From the NCBI GenBank assembly GCA_965112735.1, contig OZ218963.1:62001-126000 (forward strand): a DNA stretch of 64,000 bases. The letters run 5' to 3'. How positions within the stretch are numbered: position 1 is the first letter of the stretch; each line of letters begins with the position of its first letter. The DNA comes from Phaeosaccion multiseriatum. Lineage: Eukaryota; Protista; Ochrophyta, other classes. Under the pieces are notes generated by a model. It saw only the letters and a program-made list of their open reading frames with translations. It searched no databases and had not been told where the DNA came from. Below, piece after piece: positions 62,863 to 64,000 of the stretch. The position numbers were made by a program, and so were the translations under genes.

Positions 62863-63993
62863 CAGCACACAGAGAGAGAGAATACAACTCGCCTGCATAT
62901 ACACATCATTCTTTCCCCTGAGATCCGCCCACGGCAGCCCCGAGACCCTGATGAACTCGATCCGCAGCTGCCGCTTCGTGGGGGCGCCCATCTCTCCTTG
63001 CCCCTGGCTGCCCCCCATCCTGGGCGAGTGAGGAGGGATGCCCATCCTGGCTTCGTACTCGTCGAGCCATTGCACGTCCACCTCCACCTCTCCCTTAGGG
63101 AGGGGCAGCCCGTTGCGGCTGAGCTGTAGAACGCTCCCCCTTCCTCCCTGCCGCGTGAGCAGGCCCGTGTCGAGGAGCACCTCACCGAGCAAGTCGTCCT
63201 TCTTGCCCCTGCGAGTTGGTGATACGGCAGGGGCGGCGACGGAGGGCATCGCGTTAAGCGGCAGACAGAGGGCAGACAGGCAGGACCAGTGGTATACCAA
63301 GGAAGGAAGGAAGGAAGGAAGGGAGGGAGGGAGGGAGGGAGGGAGGGATATTAGGCAGCAGCGCTCTTGACCGTGACCATCCTCTAGCACACACGCTGCC
63401 ATCAGCCTCCTCCCATGCCTATACGCTGCTCACATATCGTAGTCCATGACCCTGCAGATGAGCGGCACTCCCAGCTCCGTAGACACCACGAGCACCCCGC
63501 GCTTGTCCGAGCTCGGCGTGGCGAAGAAGAAGTCGCTGCCCGCCTCCTCGATGACGCTTGTCTTGTTGAGCGGTCCAGCCACGCAGGTCTGGTACTCCGC
63601 ATACTCCTTGCTGTGCGAGTGGTGCACGAAACGCCGCTTCGTCCCCTTCTCGCCCGTCTCTTGCACCACCTCCTGCCAGCGAGATAAAGGAGAATGGAGA
63701 GGGGGAGAGGAAGAAGAAAAGAGGAAGGAAAAAGAGGAAAAGGAAAAGGAAAAGAGTGGTGCGCTGAGGGGATGTGCATGGGACGAGAGAACAAGCCTTG
63801 CAACGAAACAACAAACTCACAATCGCCCTCTTACCGTCCATCTGCAATGCCCTTTGCCCTCAATCTTGAGCTGCACGCCCTTGCAGGTGGTGTTTGCGAT
63901 GGTGGTGAGATGGAGGACGCCCTTCACCGTCTCTCCGGCATAGTATGTATACCTCTCCAGCATGATGCGAAAGTCTATCACGCTCATATTCAT
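59427..63993 (-). pseudogene. Alpha-arrestin with inserted C2-like domain, copy B; premature TAG in last exon
   Basis: Exons 63993-63835, 63672-63434, 63208-62893, 62624-62357, 62054-61957, 61469-61363, 61129-61048, 60714-60589, 60224-59427. Codon GAG (Glu) of copy A is TAG at 60165-60167. Confidence 0.75.
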
Positions 63994-64000
63994 CGTGCTC

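Larger units (their letters stand above)
51153..64000. repeat. Tandem segmental duplication, unit about 7.5-7.7 kb (unit 1 about 51153-58812; unit 2 from about 58813 past window end)
   Basis: gtcgagaccgaccattc...ccaggagccatagaagatcaag at 51154 and 58815; near-identical sequence continues to 56510 and 64000 respectively. Confidence 0.95.

Overview
GC-rich, intron-dense, microsatellite-rich eukaryotic nuclear DNA, most consistent with a photosynthetic stramenopile (ochrophyte). The evidence is a bipartite signal-plus-transit peptide on a plastid IF-2, an HCF136/Ycf48-like fragment and WRKY19-like Cys/His repeats; the species cannot be determined from sequence alone. I assembled ten spliced genes by hand from GT/GC-AG boundaries with consistent phase: XPG/Rad2 (3'-truncated by the window), an F-box-like/ankyrin protein, a GT69+GT32+bulb-lectin fusion, a PH-ankyrin-TRP channel with a C-terminal IQ motif, a fucokinase/GDP-fucose pyrophosphorylase with a duplicated nucleotidyltransferase-like domain, a membrane C-type lectin with a poly-Glu stalk, a histidine acid phosphatase, plastid IF-2, and two tandem alpha-arrestins. 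No rRNA, tRNA, CRISPR or recognisable transposon was seen. Three signals stand out. (1) A small vocabulary of about 10-11 bp non-palindromic DNA words (CCACTGCCAT, GTATCACCAAC, GTGTCAGGAC, GCCCATAYGC) is scattered through exons in different reading frames and through introns, and also seeds the local minisatellites. (2) An apparently circularly permuted C2 domain with intact Ca2+ ligands is inserted inside the arrestin N-domain. (3) Two glyco-enzymes have unusual fusion architectures. Exon coordinates are hand-derived and family assignments come from remembered motifs, not database searches.
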